DNA from: the human T2T-CHM13v2.0 reference genome, Homo sapiens
DNA: 64,000 bases
Strand: one strand, 5' to 3'
Assembly: GCF_009914755.1 (NCBI RefSeq)
Contig: NC_060937.1
The notes beneath the pieces were generated by a model, which did no database searches, was not told the DNA's origin, and saw only the letters and a program-made list of their open reading frames with translations. The number at the start of each line of letters is the position of its first letter. The first letter of the stretch is position 1. This document shows, piece by piece, positions 15,421-29,495 of this stretch. A program made the position numbers and the translations under genes.

Positions 15421-16165
15421 CAAAAAGCATATGAAAAAATTCTCGACATCACTAATCACTAGAGAAATGCAAATCAAAATCACAATGAGATACCATCTCA
15501 CACCAGTCAGAATGGCTATTATCAAAAAGTCAAAAATGACAAATGCTGGCAAGATCATGGAGAAAAGGGAACACATAACACTTACAATGTTGGTGAAAAG
15601 GCAAATTAGATCAGCTATTGTGGAAAGCAGTTTGGCAATTTCTCAAAGAACTCAAAACAGAATTACCATTTGACCCAACAATTTGATTATAGGGCATATA
15701 TCCAAATGAATATAAATCATTCTACCATAAAGACACATGCATTCATATGTTCATCACAGCACTATTCACAGTAGCAAAATCAGAACCAAACCTAAATGCC
15801 CATCAGTGGTAGACTGGATAAAGAAAATGTGGTAAATTTACACTATGGAATACTTTGCAGCGGTAAAAAGAACACAGTCATGTATTTTGCAGCAACGTGG
15901 ATGCAGCTGGAGGCCATTATCCTAAGCAAACTAACACAGGTACAGAAAATCAAATACCACATGTTGTCACTTATAAGCGGGAGCAAAACACTGGGTATAT
16001 ATAAACAAAGGAGGGGAACAAGAAACATGAGGCCTACTTGACGGTAGAAGAAAGGAGGAGGGTGAGGTTGAAAAAATACCTATCAATTACTATGCTTATT
16101 ACATAAGTGAGGAAATATTCTGTAAACTAAACCCCCATGAGAAACAATTCATCTATAATAACACA
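15421..16165 (+). mobile_element. L1PA15/16-like ORF2 C-terminus and 3'UTR (sense part of the same insertion)
   Basis: [19 protein letters not shown] motif; 3'UTR 'ggaggagggtgaggttgaaaaaatacctatc...tatgcttattac'. Confidence 0.9.
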
Positions 16166-16472
16166 CACACCAAAAGCTAGCAAGACAGTATTATGTTAAT
16201 TTAAAAAACAAAAATTCTTTTCATTAAATTAGGAGAAAGATAAATTCACCACAATTCTTTGACATTGTTTATAGAGCACAAGACAGTGCATTTAAAGAAA
16301 AAAAAATGTATATAGCATGTGAAAGAAGAAAAACAAAATGATTATAGCTATAATGTGGTATATTATGGTAATAGGGAATTACTATGGTGAAATTATTGGA
16401 AATGAGTGGCATCTAGTCAGAATATAAATTTTATTAAGTAGCTAACCAGTACTCCTCCCATGGTGTGGGTGA

Positions 16473-16775
<303 letters not shown>

Positions 16776-18297
16776 TGGGTAAATTTATGAAAAAAACTTT
16801 TCCCACTATTAAAAAAAAAAAAAGATGTTGTTCAAATGTGCAGCCTGATTTTCACAGTCAGGTAACTTGTAGATATCTTCAGACCTTACTTCTCATGCTG
16901 TGAGACCCGTTGAGTCTCTGCAGGTGAAACTGCATAAAGGAAGCATTTGCTGAACACATTCCTTCATGATCCTGATGATGTTCCCTGAAGACATTGTGTG
17001 CTGGAATCCGATAATAAATAATTCTTACAAAGAAAACAAAAGGCATAATGAAGGCAAAAGAGAAATAACATTAGCAGCAAATCAAATTCTGTATTTCAAA
17101 GGAGGAAACAACATAATATTAAAGAAACTTTTAAAATAACATTAACACATCTGTGCATATTTAAAAGACATAAGAAAAATTGTGTTTACATTTAAACACT
17201 ATCTTATGTTCAATTATAAAAGACAGTATCTTAATACATATTAGGATGAACAGTGATTTTGTAGTGGATGTTGTTTTCTGAATTTATCAAAGCTACTAAG
17301 ACATCTTTGCAAGGGCAATAACAATGAAAAGGCAAATAATAAAAGGACTGCAGCATACATAACTAGTAACTATGCTAAATAATCAGAATATCAAGCAAAA
17401 GGAAAAAGAAGCAAGAAATCTGTAAAGCCTGTTCAAAGAGGATCATGGTAGGTGGAAAAAAATATTCATTTTCAAAATAACTTTCATGGTGTGATATATT
17501 AGGAGATAAGAAAATACAATAACCTTTATATGTCTATCCTTCCTTGAAAACGTCACAAATATGATGAGGGATGATAGTTAAAAACAAATATAATTTTACA
17601 TACATACATTTTCTTAGTTTCATCCCTTTATTTTTTATTTATTCATATTTGAATACATACAGTTTCATATTCAGTACAACCAATTATGCACTCTCTTACA
17701 CGAGACAGGCTGAAATCTTGTAGGATACATTTTCATAGTTTTATGAAATGTTTTATGAAAATGTCTTTGATCAAATTATTTTATTTTAATATAATATTTT
17801 AATTTATTTTAAAATTAAATTATTTTAATACTATTTCTTTAGAAACTTCATTAACTGCAGCTCTGGACAAAATTTAATACTTTCTTTTTGACTTTTTTTG
17901 AATATTATTACATATATAACAAATATATAATTTCAGTGCTGGAACCAAATATTTTAAAGAGGAAGATGCTATTGTTTAGGAAAACTAAACATTTGATAAA
18001 ATTTGGGGGATGGTAAAAGTTGAGATCCTAATGTCAAAAACAAATAACCTGCTCTTTCAGAAACACTATTTTTTTCCCTCTTAGAAAGAAAGGGGAAACA
18101 AGTAAAGAAAAATAAAAAGAAAAAAACATTTTACCTCCCTTCTGCTTGGGATGTAGGACAAATAGAAACATCTTTACATATTCTCATGCCTCAAATACTT
18201 TTTTCTAACTATGGTGATTAATAACTTTATTACAAGGCTCTGTTGTTTCTCTATAAGTTAACATACTGACCTTAGGACTAAGGACCCAAGACTAAGT

Positions 18298-18352
18298 ACA
18301 TACACACACACACATACACACATACATATATACATGTGTATATATACTTATA
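18298..18352. repeat. (CA)n/(TA)n microsatellite
   Basis: tacacacacacacatacacacatacatatatac... Confidence 0.85.
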
Positions 18353-18389
18353 TAGTTTTTCATGACTATGTCATATAAAAATAAAATTG

Positions 18390-18705
18390 CATATAACTAT
18401 GTAAAATTATGTTTTCATAGTATCTTCCATTTCCATTTTCTTGAGTGTTTTTTAAATCATAAATGACTTGTTGGATATTTTCAAAGTATTTATTGGCCTT
18501 TATGGAAATAATCATGACTTTTCCCTTAGATTTATGATGTATGGAATTGATGGATTTCTTAACATGGAAATAATTTTTATCTACAGAATAAATTTTATCC
18601 ATTTCAGAAGAATGGGTTTACTAAATTTGTGTGAAATTATATTTTCTGACTTTCTTTAATAATTATCTGGATTTTACTTTCTTCTTTATATTTGTGATAT
18701 TGAAA
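18390..18705 (-). mobile_element. Old L1M ORF2 fragment
   Basis: Minus ORF 18366-18602 (..INSIHHKSKGKVMIISIKANKYFENIQ..) is a degenerate copy of the L1 RT '[17 protein letters not shown]' region. Confidence 0.65.
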
Positions 18706-20033
18706 TGTTTTACAAGATTCCTAGTTTAATGGCACTTTTTCTGTCCTAGTGAAGTTCAAGCACTTCCTGATTTAAATGTTTTGTTTTGGTGGTAGGATTG
18801 AGGTTGTCTCTTTTGTCTTAACAGAACTCTAAATTTTTCCTCTTTACTTCTTTTCTCCTTTAACTTTGTCAAAAAAACAATTTTCTTTTTTTTATTGTTT
18901 TGTTTTGTTTTATGCTTTTCTTCTCCTCCAGAAGCTATACGTTTGAAAGACTTAGATACCCTTATGAGTACCCCCTTTTCATCTACCTAGCAGTTTTTCT
19001 GGATTTACCTTTACTTGCTACAGATCGTGAGAAGGAGGTGCACCTGAGCAGCACTGAAGGTGGGGATAGGTGATGGGTTTGTTGCCTTTTCCCTTTGTAC
19101 ACAGTTATTTTGTAGTTTTGACTTTGTTGATCATCAAGTATTACTGAAGGTATGTTTTTGCACAGAGATTTAGTTGTTGTCAAGTTATTGCCTATCATTG
19201 TTTTAGGCTACCTGATAGTCTCATAGCATCATCATGTAACAGGACACATATACCTGTCTATATAACACAAGCTCCAACAAGTAGTGATTTTAAATTATTT
19301 TGTTCACCGATCTATCCCTGACACCTAGACTTTCTACATTAAGTATGTTTATTTAAAGGAGATGAGAAATATGTGTTTTCGTCTATTCAATACAGTTTTT
19401 CATTTGGAGACCCATCCCTTCCATTAGAAATGTCCAAACCCAGCCCCTTCCTGCAGGAGGGATGGGGACATTGTCTGCATTACATGGCCACAAAAGAAAA
19501 AGGTAGGAAAAAAATACCCTTACATGTAAAATGATTTAGAGATAATAAAAAAGAAAGTTTTTCTCTTGCTTTTGGATCAGAAGTTGGAACAAAATAGTCT
19601 TGGGACTGGTCAAGAGTGACTCTCCTACCTTTCACACCCCTGCCCACCATGAGAGGGGCCTGTATGCACTGGAGAGGAAAACAGGAAAGCTAAAGCAAAC
19701 ATAGGTGTCATAAGAAAGGAAGAGAAAAAAAATAAGGCCATAGAGAGAAAAAACTAGATATTATTGAACTAGCAGTTCCTGACACATGCTCAAATAGTGT
19801 TCAAACTGACCTTATAATGTTCAAATTAGCTATCACAAATGTTTCTATTACTTAACATGATCATTTAAATTGTCCTTATGAAACAAATTTCAGTGTAAAA
19901 TTACTGCCAAAGTTTCAAGAGTTCCAATTTTAATACTTCAGTTCACTACTTGTTATTTTGACAAGATTAGGCACAAACTTCATGAAATCATATTTCTAAT
20001 GACTTTTTTATTTACCAAAATTCTAATTTGTTC

Positions 20034-20332
20034 TTTTTTTTTTTTTTTGAGACAGAATTTCACTCTTGTTGCCCAGGCTGGAGTGCAGTGGCGTGATCTC
20101 GGCTCACTGGAACCTCCGCCTCCCCAGTTCAAGCGATTTTCCCGCCTCAGCCTCCTGAGTAGCTGGGGTTACAGGTGCACACAACCATGCCTGGCTAATT
20201 TTTTGTATTTTTAGTACAGACAGGGTTTTGCCATATTGGGCAGGCTGGTCTGGAACTCCTGACCTCAGGTGATCCACTCACATTGGCCTCCCAAAATGCT
20301 GGAATTATAGGTGGGAGCCACAACCGCTGGCC
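20034..20332 (-). mobile_element. AluSq/Sp-like
   Basis: 'tttcactcttgttgcccagg' diagnostic; TSD tc(t/c)aatttgttctt. Confidence 0.95.
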
Positions 20333-20642
20333 TCCAATTTGTTCTTATAAATGTATATCTAATCTTGTTTTTTCAAATTTTAGTTTTCTTCTTTTGAATT
20401 TTTTTGCTTTTAAAATAAAAATTGCGGCTTCATATTTTCATTGTGAATATCCCATCACTTATTTACATACTTACATATAAAATAAATTGTAATCTTAGTC
20501 TCATTACTGATTCATTCCTACCTTTCTTCATATTAGTTTTGTTGTTTTGTCTTGGTTTTACTATGCTTTATATTTTTACTTGCAAGCTTACTTTGACAGA
20601 GGGTTTCTGTCTCTGTTTCATCTCTGGCTCTATCTGTATTTC

Positions 20643-21019
20643 TTTTTTTTTTTTTGGTTCTTTTTCATTTTCAACATATATTTTAGGTTCAGGAGGCACA
20701 TGTGCAGGTTTCTTACATGGTTAAATTGAAAGTTGCTGGGGTTTGGTGTACAAATGATTTTTTTCAGCAGGCAGTGAGCATAGTACCTAATAGGTAGTTT
20801 TTTGACCCTCATTCTCCTCCTATCCTCCACCCTCTAGTAAGCCCTGTTGTCTATTTTTCCCCTCTTTGTGTCTATGCCTCTAGTTTGTGTCTGTGTTTTC
20901 TAGTTTGTGTGCATAGAGGTGTTCATAATTGTCTGTGAGAAATTTTATATTTTGGTGAGGTTGGTGGTAACGTCATTTTTGTCGTTTATGATTCATGATT
21001 GTGCTTATTTGAATCTTCT

Positions 21020-21051
<32 letters not shown>

Positions 21052-24000
21052 GAGACAGAGTCTCACTCTGTCACCCAGACTAGGGTGCAGATCTCGGCTC
21101 ACTGCAACCCCCACCTCCCAGGTTCAAGCGATTCTCGTGCCTCAGCCTTCTGAGCATCTGGGATTACAGGCATGTGCTACCACACTTGGATAACTTTTGC
21201 ATTTTTTGTAGAGATGGGGTTTCACCATGTTAGTCAGCCTAGTCTCAAACTGCCGATCCCAGATGATCCACCCCCACTTGGCCTCCCAAAGTGCTGGAAT
21301 TACAGGCATAAGCCAATATGCCTGGTCTCTCTCTTTTTTAATTCGTCTAGCTTGCAGTCATTAATCTTATTTGTTCATTCAAAGAACCAATCTTTGTTTT
21401 CATTGCTTTTTTGTATAGATTTTTTCATTTCTGTTTTATTCAGCTCAGCTCTGATTTTGGTTATTTCTTTCTTTTTTTTTTTTTTTCTTCTAGCTTCAGG
21501 GTTAGTTTTCTCTTGTTTTTCTAGTTCCTCTGAGTTTGATATTTGATTGTTTATTTGAGCTCTAACTTCTTGATGTGGCGTTTTGCACTATAAACTTTGT
21601 TCTTAATACTGCATTAGTCCTGTCTCAGAGATTCGGTATGTTGTATCTTCGTTTTCATTAGTTTCAAAGAATTTTTTGATTTCTGACTTAATTTCATTCT
21701 TTTTCCAAGTGTCATTTAGGAGAAGGTTAATTCCATATTATTGTGTTGTTTTGAGAAATCTTATTTATATTGATCTCAACTCTTATTTCACTGTGGTTGA
21801 AGAATGTGGTTGTTACGATTTTTTTAAATTTGTTGAGAATTGCTTTATGGTTGAGTGTACAGTTGACCTTAGAATACGTGCCAAGCACAAATGAAAAAAA
21901 TATACTGTTGCTGTTCAGTAGGGCATTTTGTGGATGCTTATTAGAGTCTTTTGGCCATATGTTGAGTTTGGTACCTTTAATACCTTGGAGTTTAATATCT
22001 TTATTAGTTTCTTGCCTTGATAATCCACCTAACACTGTTAGTGGGGTGTTGAAGTCTACCACTGTTATTGTGTGGTTAATTAAGTCTCCTCGTAGGTCTC
22101 TAAGAACTTGTTTTATGAATCTGGGTGCGCCAATCTTGGGTTCATATATATATAGGATAGTTAAGTATTCTTATTAAATTAACTCTATTATTATGCAATG
22201 CCCTTCTTTATCACCTCTGATTGTTGTTGGTTTAAATTATGTTTGTTGGAAATAAAAATAAACCCTTTTTTGTTGTCTATCAAGCGATAGATCCTTCTCC
22301 ATTCCTTTACATTGAGACTATGTGTGTCATAGAGTGTTGGATTGGTCTCTTGAAGACAGCATAGAGTTGGATTTTGCTTCTTTATCCAACTCACCATTCT
22401 GTATCTTTTAAGTGGGACTTTTGTTCATTTACATTCAAGGCTAATATTGATATATACAGATTTGTTCCCATCATCATTTTGTTAACTAGTTGTTATGTAG
22501 ACTTGATTGTATAGTTCCTTTATCATGTCAGTGGGCTATGTATTTAAGTGCGTCTCTGTGGTGGCAGGTCTTTCATTTCCATGTTTAGCACTCCTTTAGG
22601 GACTTCTTGTAAGGCAGGTATGGTGGTAATGATTCCCCTTAGCATTTGCTTGTCTAAGAAATGTTTTATTATCCTTCACTTATTAAGCTTAGTTTGGCTG
22701 GATATAAAATTCTTGTTTGGTATTATTTTTCTTTAAGAACACTGAATATAGTCCCCATAATTGTTTCTGGCTTGTAAGGTTTCTGCTGAAGAGTGTGTTG
22801 TTAGCCTGCTGGAGTTCCCTTTGTTGATGACCTGTATTTTCTCTCTAGCTGCCTTTAAGATTTTTTCCTTTCCATTGACTTTGTTGAACCTGATAACTAT
22901 GTGTCTTGGGGATATGTATAGAATAAGACAGTGTTTCTCTGAATTTCTTAAATTTGTGTGTCAATCTCTCTAGGGAGGTTGGGGAAATTTTCATGAAAAA
23001 TGTCCTCACATATGTTTTTCAAGTTGCTTGCTCACTCTCCATCTCTTTCAGGAATGACAATGAGTGGTAGGTTTGGTCTTTTCGTCCCATATTTCACAGG
23101 AGTTTTGTTCATTTTTAAAATTCTTTTTTAAAATTTCTGTCTGCCTCCAGTGGTTTGAAGGAGCAGTGTTTGAGTCCTGAGATTCTTTTCTCAGCTTGGT
23201 CTCTTCTGTTATTAATGCTTCCAGTTGCATTCTGAAATTCTTGCAGTAAATTTTTATTTCCTGAAGTTCAGTTCGGTTCTTTTTAAAGTGGCTATGCCAT
23301 CTTTTAACTCTTGACCATTTTACTATTTTCCTTGGACTGAATTTTAACCTCATCCTGTATCTTGATGAATTTTATTGCCATCTAGATTCTGAATTCTATG
23401 TCTGTCATTTCAGCCATTTCTTTCTAGTTAAGAACCATTGCTCAGGTGCTAGTGTGGTTGTTTTGAGGTAAGAAGACTTCTGGCTTTTAGAGTTGTCAGA
23501 GTTCTTGAGCTGGTTCTTTCTCACCTGTGTGGGCTAAAGTTTCCTTGATTTTTGTAGTTGCTCCTTTTTGGATGGGGCTTTTTCCTTTTATATTCTTTGA
23601 TGCACTTGAGGGTCGGCTTCAGTATAAGTTGGGTTTGTTCAACTGGCTTTATTTCTGGATGCTTTCAGTGGGGGAAGGCTCATGTCAGCACTCCCGTACC
23701 ATGTGCTCTAATCATAAGAGGGCTGGGACCAGGCCCACAACTTTGTTCTCTACCCCTCATAGTCAAGCACCTGCTGTATTGGATGGGTCAACATGTTCCC
23801 ATCCACTGGCGACAACACTCTGATAGATGTTGCTGGCAAATTGCTCTGGCAGGGCAGTAAGCAGGCCCCCATACATGTGTGTGCCAGTGAGACAACAACA
23901 TGCCTCCATGCATGTGTGTGCTTGTGGGGTGCCGGGGGAGGCTGCAGGCAAGTACATACTGGTGGCTGAAGGCTGTGGGCAAGTGCACACTGGTGAAGGT

Positions 24001-24690
24001 CTGTCTGCAAAAGTGCTCCAATGGGTAGGCAGGGTCTGCTGGAGAAAAAGCTGTGGTTGTGGCCACTGGCAAGCACTTCAGCTGGGCAGCTGAGGCTGTG
24101 CTGCAATCAGGTATGAACAAGCAGAAACCCTGGGAGAGGTTGGCAGACAGGGAAGCACTTAGATCAAACTGGCCTCATCCCATGAGGAAAAGTGCTCTGC
24201 TGTGTCCAGGTCCAGCAACTAAAAGAGTCCAAAGCTGCCTTGAAGTGTATGGTGAGCCTTGGAGAATGGTCCCCTATCACCATGTTCCACTGCAGTCATT
24301 CCAGAGCCAAACCCTTTGGGCTACACAGAGGCTGAAATTTTATCTCTGCCAACTCTTTGGGCTGTTCTGCCTGAAAGCTCAGATGTCTGGTCTGTTTGTG
24401 GGAGTCTCCTGCAGCTAGGATCCCAAAGGCCCAAGGTGAGGATTGGCCACTCCATGCCTATTGCTTTCATTCCTTCCCTAGAAGCCCCTTGGGGCCAGGA
24501 ATAAGTCCTGGTGCTTAGTAATCCTGTGCAGAGTTTCCAGCTTCTTCCATATTCAGCCCAGAGTCTATGTCCTTCCTCTGTTTACTCTCAACGCCTTCTT
24601 TCCAAAGATGTTCTTCAGAGTGTACTAGCCTTTGATCACTTTTGGTGGGAGAAGCTCTTCCTGGCTGCATCTATTTGGTCATCTTGGACT
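20643..24690 (-). mobile_element. L1PA16-like element retaining 5'UTR, ORF1, endonuclease region and 3'UTR but lacking most of ORF2
   Basis: 5' start (RC of 'ggagaagctcttcctggctgcatctatttggtcatcttgg'), GC-rich 5'UTR ~23450-24690, endonuclease remnants (CCLQET; DFNTPL), 3'UTR and poly-T at 20643-20878 joined directly to the early ORF2 region. Confidence 0.85.
21023..21326 (-). mobile_element. AluS inserted in L1
   Basis: Full dimer, long poly-T, TSD tctctctttttt. Confidence 0.9.
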
Positions 24691-25514
24691 TCGTGAGTAC
24701 CTGTATGTCCATTTCTGTCCCCATCTCTTCCTCTCTCCAATTCTTTATACATTTGTGTCTTTGGACATACCCTCCCCTGTCTAGAAAACTGCCATTGCTC
24801 CCTATCCATTCCCAGATCCCTTAGACAGACCTTATAATCATGTTTATAAGTTACTTCATTGCAGGCATAGTGGTGATATTGTACATTCAGCCCATGGAGA
24901 TTATATAGCTTGGCTTGGATACTGGAGTTCTGATTGTCTTTATTTCCCCTCTCTTTTGGCCCATAGCTTTTGATAAAGCCTTAATCCAAATCAGTATCTT
25001 GTTAACCTTTTCTTTTTAGCAGTCTTTCATCGCAAGAAGAAATTTACTACCACCTTTCCTTTCCTTTTCTGATCTTAATTGAACACTGTCATCCCCTTTA
25101 TCCTTAGAGGAGTTACATTGTCTGGTACCACTGCCTATTTATCAACTAGAGATCAGTCCCTCTCAATATTTTGTAGTTTTATTTATTTTTCTATTTTCAT
25201 ATATATATCATTTTGTATTAAGCTCAACTATGTATTTCTGGTTGCTTCTTTTTATATTTTTCTGTCATTGCTATGTGTTTGGAGCAGTGAATGTTTCTTG
25301 GTGTTAATTCTTTAGACAGGTTAATGAAAGCTAAACTTATTTTACCTAACAAGTTGTCAAAAATTAACAGTAATGGCAATGCATAGTGTTGGTGTGGGTA
25401 TAATAACACAAATATTATAACATAGTCTAGATAGTATTTCAAAACAGAAAAGAGTCTAGCAACCTTGTTAAAGCAAATACTTTCCTAGTTTGGTTTTCCT
25501 TACGAAGTCTGTTA

Positions 25515-25636
25515 CACTTGTTTAATTCAACCCAATAGGATTTTCAGAACTCACAGGTGAAGGCAGGTGAATAAATACACCTGGAGAGAAAGAAAGAACC
25601 ATATGACAGCTGTTGAAGACAGATTTTGGCCATCTG
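25515..25636. promoter_or_regulatory. Dense E-box (CANNTG) cluster, candidate bHLH/ZEB enhancer
   Basis: Seven CANNTG hexamers in 122 bp of sequence I could not assign to a repeat. Confidence 0.35.
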
Positions 25637-26295
25637 TTGCAAAATGACTTCAACTTTGGAAGGAACCTGGATATTTAAGACTATGAATTATGCAAGAATA
25701 TCATAGCAATAATTTATTAACATATAAGGGGTTAAATGAGCATAGATGAAACAAAGTTTATTTTTATTGAATACAATTACTTTTAAACAAATGATTAATA
25801 TTACCATAACCAAGTGGGATACTTCCTTGTGCCAGAGTAATATATTCCAAACAGTCAAGCAATTCATGTTGAATTATGACAAAAACATTTGAAGGAGAAA
25901 ATTAAAATTGAGTATTTAAGGCAAATGTAAGTTAAAGAAAAAGACATCTCTCTGGGAGAAAATGGAGCTTCAGATATACCCTGACTATTGCTGAATGCAA
26001 AAGCAATTGTGAGGCTACTAGAAAATCAAAAGAAAGCACGTCCCTATTGTACAGAAGAACATATTTCTGCAAAATCTCATTCAATTTTAAGTGAGAATTT
26101 TAGTTTTTAGTATGTTTTTAAACTAAAGTAGACAATTGCTTCTGAAGTTGATGTTAGGGTGTTTCCCATGTCAAAAATTGTTTCTGTTTTCCATTCTTGT
26201 TTATTAAAGAGTGTTTCAATATTTGGTGACTTGAATAAGTTGATATACAATGGATGTTCAGTGAATTCTTCCAGACTGTTGATGTGACACTTAAG

Positions 26296-26872
26296 TGTAA
26301 CGAGTTATGATTGATTCACATACCTACTTCCTGATAAAGCAATTTAGTAGCATAATGAAACTCAAGAGATCAGGCCAAGAGAAAGAGCTCCTTGCTGTAT
26401 TGCCTAATTTCTGTGAGTCTCCCACATTTGTTTCTGTCTATGTGAGTAGAGGTACAGACTGACTTTGTTGTAAACTGTGTTTTAATGTATGTTTGTATAG
26501 TGAACAGCGTTTGAAGATTAACATAGTGTTTCTCATCAGAGCAAAAAAACAGGTTTATCTACTGTTTAGGAAAATGACAGATAATCTCTCTCTCCAAGTC
26601 AAAGGCATACTTGCTACTTGCTGCCTGTTATAAAAGAGATGGTTTCATGTGCTCAGTTTCCCTCTCCTATAATGTACCCCACGGTTGGTGTGGACACAAC
26701 TTTTTCCTATTCATGTTGCCAAAATATCTTGGCAAAAGGCCATTACTGGTTACCGATACTGCTATCAGGTATAAATGGCTTTGCGGCAAGGGTCTTGTGT
26801 ATTTTGTTAGCATCCATTAAACTGGCAGGCTAATTTTATAGTGCTTGGGAGCTAAAGCTAATTTTAATTTCA
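26296..26872 (+). mobile_element. Solo LTR, ERVL class (MER76-like)
   Basis: 'tatgtttgtatagtgaacagc', TATA-like 'ttataaaaga', 'agcatccattaaactggcaggcta'; TG start; family from memory. Confidence 0.55.
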
Positions 26873-28536
26873 AAATTTGGTAGCATTGGAAGATGTGGTA
26901 AAAAGAAAATAAATAATGATAATATTGCTGAATTTCTGTGATCAGGCTAACTTATAACAGAATAAAATTACTCAAAGGGGAATATTTGCTCAATTACCAA
27001 TAAAACCCACCCTTATAATTAGGTAGAGAATAAAAACACATTCTCCTATTCAAGGGGTAATTTTCAGCTGATGGCTGGAAAGTTTTACACATATGTCAGC
27101 TGTCGGTAAAAGAGATATTTCATAGCATATCATAGACTCTTGCATATGGTAGGGCTTTTTTTCTGACCAAGGTTTCCACAATTTGCTATTGAAAATATTT
27201 CTTAATTTAAAAGAACATATTCTTGAATGCAAAATATACTCCATCAATATGCACAGAAAAAGCAATAGAAAGAAAGCAAAAATGGAAAGATCAATATAGA
27301 TCTACTTCTAGATCTGTATTTCTATCTATCTGTCATATCCTTTATAAAGTGATAAGGGATTTTGGCAACCATTAAGAAAAAGCAAGTAAAGTCATTCTTC
27401 TGATAATTTGTTATAGCTCTCTTTGCTCACTATTCTTGTTTCCAAATAATACAACATATAAATGGATTTTATAAAATCCAACCCTAGAGATAAATATCTA
27501 TATGAGTAAATCCAATAACACTTACAGACATTTTAAATTGCTTTGTGGACCCTTCTTTAAAATAATCATCTTTGGTATGATTATTATTGTTTAGAATTTC
27601 AGTAGTTCTGATTTAATTGAATAAAAGATACATAGGAAAACTAAGCAAGTATAACAAATAAAAAATGGTTCTAAAAAGAATTATTCCTAAAGTAAAAAGT
27701 TCAATAATATTTCATAAATGATAAGGAAGAAAAGCCAAACTGCAAGTAAAGATTAAAAAGAACTCTATGTATTTTAAAGACTCCGGAGTTCTCCAATAGT
27801 TAGTTATATCAGACAATATCTGTCCGTGCAGTTGTTGCCTAGGCAGGGAACCAAGTTTTTGGTGCTCTCTGCTCTACCATAACCTCTGAAAACTCTCAAC
27901 CCAGGCCACATTCTTTATTAAAAGATGACTGGCAAGAATTCTGAAGTTTATATGCATAAAGCATCATTTCTAGTAAAAGACAGAAAACAGTCTGTTATTC
28001 AGAATCCTGCTCCATAGAATTCAATGTTTGGCTTTAGTACCCATGCTTAACTCATGGACCTGGTAGTGAAACTTCCAAAAAAAGACACTAACATGACCAA
28101 AAAGAAATTTAAGATTGGGAGGAAGAGGAAACTAAGGAAGAAGAAAGAAACAAAACTTATTACCTATTATAATGACATTAGGAGTTGAAGGCAAGCTAAA
28201 AATGCCTCCTTATTCTGTAAGTTGTTATTGAAGACTTAAGGATAATATTGAATATATATAAATCCACTTACCCAAACTACATGAAATAAATTGTGCAATG
28301 ATACAGATTGGTAGAAAGATTTACTTGGAATGTCTTAGAAAAAAAAAAGGATGTATAAACAATACGCATAACTTTCAATCCAGGAACCATTATCCATTTG
28401 TAAAGTATTATCCAATGAATACAAGATTCTGACCAAACAAATTAAAAATAGATTATGGAACTAAGAAAGGCAAAGATAAAGAGGGGAAGAAAAAGCCCTG
28501 AAAGATGAGCCAGATTAAAATGTGAATGGAGGAGAA

Positions 28537-28696
28537 CAGCGGCATATGAGAGTGACAGAGGGCAGTGAGTAGCCTACCCTAGGCAGAGACAATAAAGAAA
28601 CAAAATAAATCTGAACACAGTTTAGTTATTTTTCAAATTATTATTAGCATTATGTGCTGGCAACTATAAACAATGTCTCCTTTTATTGAGCCACTG
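28537..28696 (+). mobile_element. Short non-autonomous hAT element (MER97-like)
   Basis: Terminal inverted ends cagcggc.../...gccactg; degenerate 8-bp TSD gaggagaa / aaggggaa. Confidence 0.5.
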
Positions 28697-29299
28697 AAGG
28701 GGAAAATACCTGTAATATTCTCCAGGTTTTCACTGTCTTTTATCTATACCAGTCAGTTGTCCAATCTGTTGTCAATCTGGGAGTGTATGGAGCCCAAAGA
28801 TGAAGAACTGGGCAACTTTCTTAAACTGCTAAGGCCGAAATATTTTAATCAGTCAGGGATGTAATAGCTACCTCAGCATTTCCAGAGACATTTGAAACCC
28901 CTGAAATCTCACGTATTCTACTCTTACAAAAAGTCGAGGAATAAATGAAGAACTTAAGAATATCACTGAATCCATCTCATTTCCACAAACTATTGAATAA
29001 AAATAAATTCACCAGCTGTTGCAGCCATCCTTGTTTTTCAGGAAAGGTTTAGTGTTATCTGTTGGAAAGACAATAATCTAAAATGTGAACAAAGAAGAAA
29101 TGTTAATCTTCTTTGTAATTCATTGATAATTTATGAGTGTGAGAGATGTCAGCAATTTACCAATTTTAATTATGTCACAGCACTCACTTATAGAAAGCAT
29201 TTGTGACACTGAATTGCCCATTTCCTTGGAAAAAAATCCACTCAATTATACCATGCCTTCTCTCACAGGATAAATTTTAAATGTTTCTTAGTTTGCATA

Positions 29300-29495
29300 T
29301 TTAGAAATTATATTTCATAATTGCTAAAGGCATAGATTTTAAATGTTCTTACCACAAAAATAATAAGTATGAGAGGCGATGGATATGCTTATTAGCTTAA
29401 TTTTATCATTATACAATATAACATATACCAATAAATCACACTGTACCCCATCAAAGATATACAATTAGTATTTGTCAATATATAAGAAAATAAAT
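29300..29495 (+). mobile_element. L1MA 3' end fragment
   Basis: 'tagattttaaatgttcttaccacaaaaa...gatggatatgc...cacactgtaccccat' is an L1MA 3'UTR. Confidence 0.8.

Noticed and set aside
23527-24696. Cluster of overlapping ORFs in a GC-richer block, resembling a gene or promoter island
   Set aside because: It is the 5'UTR of the antisense L1; stop codons are scarce because of GC content; CpG depleted
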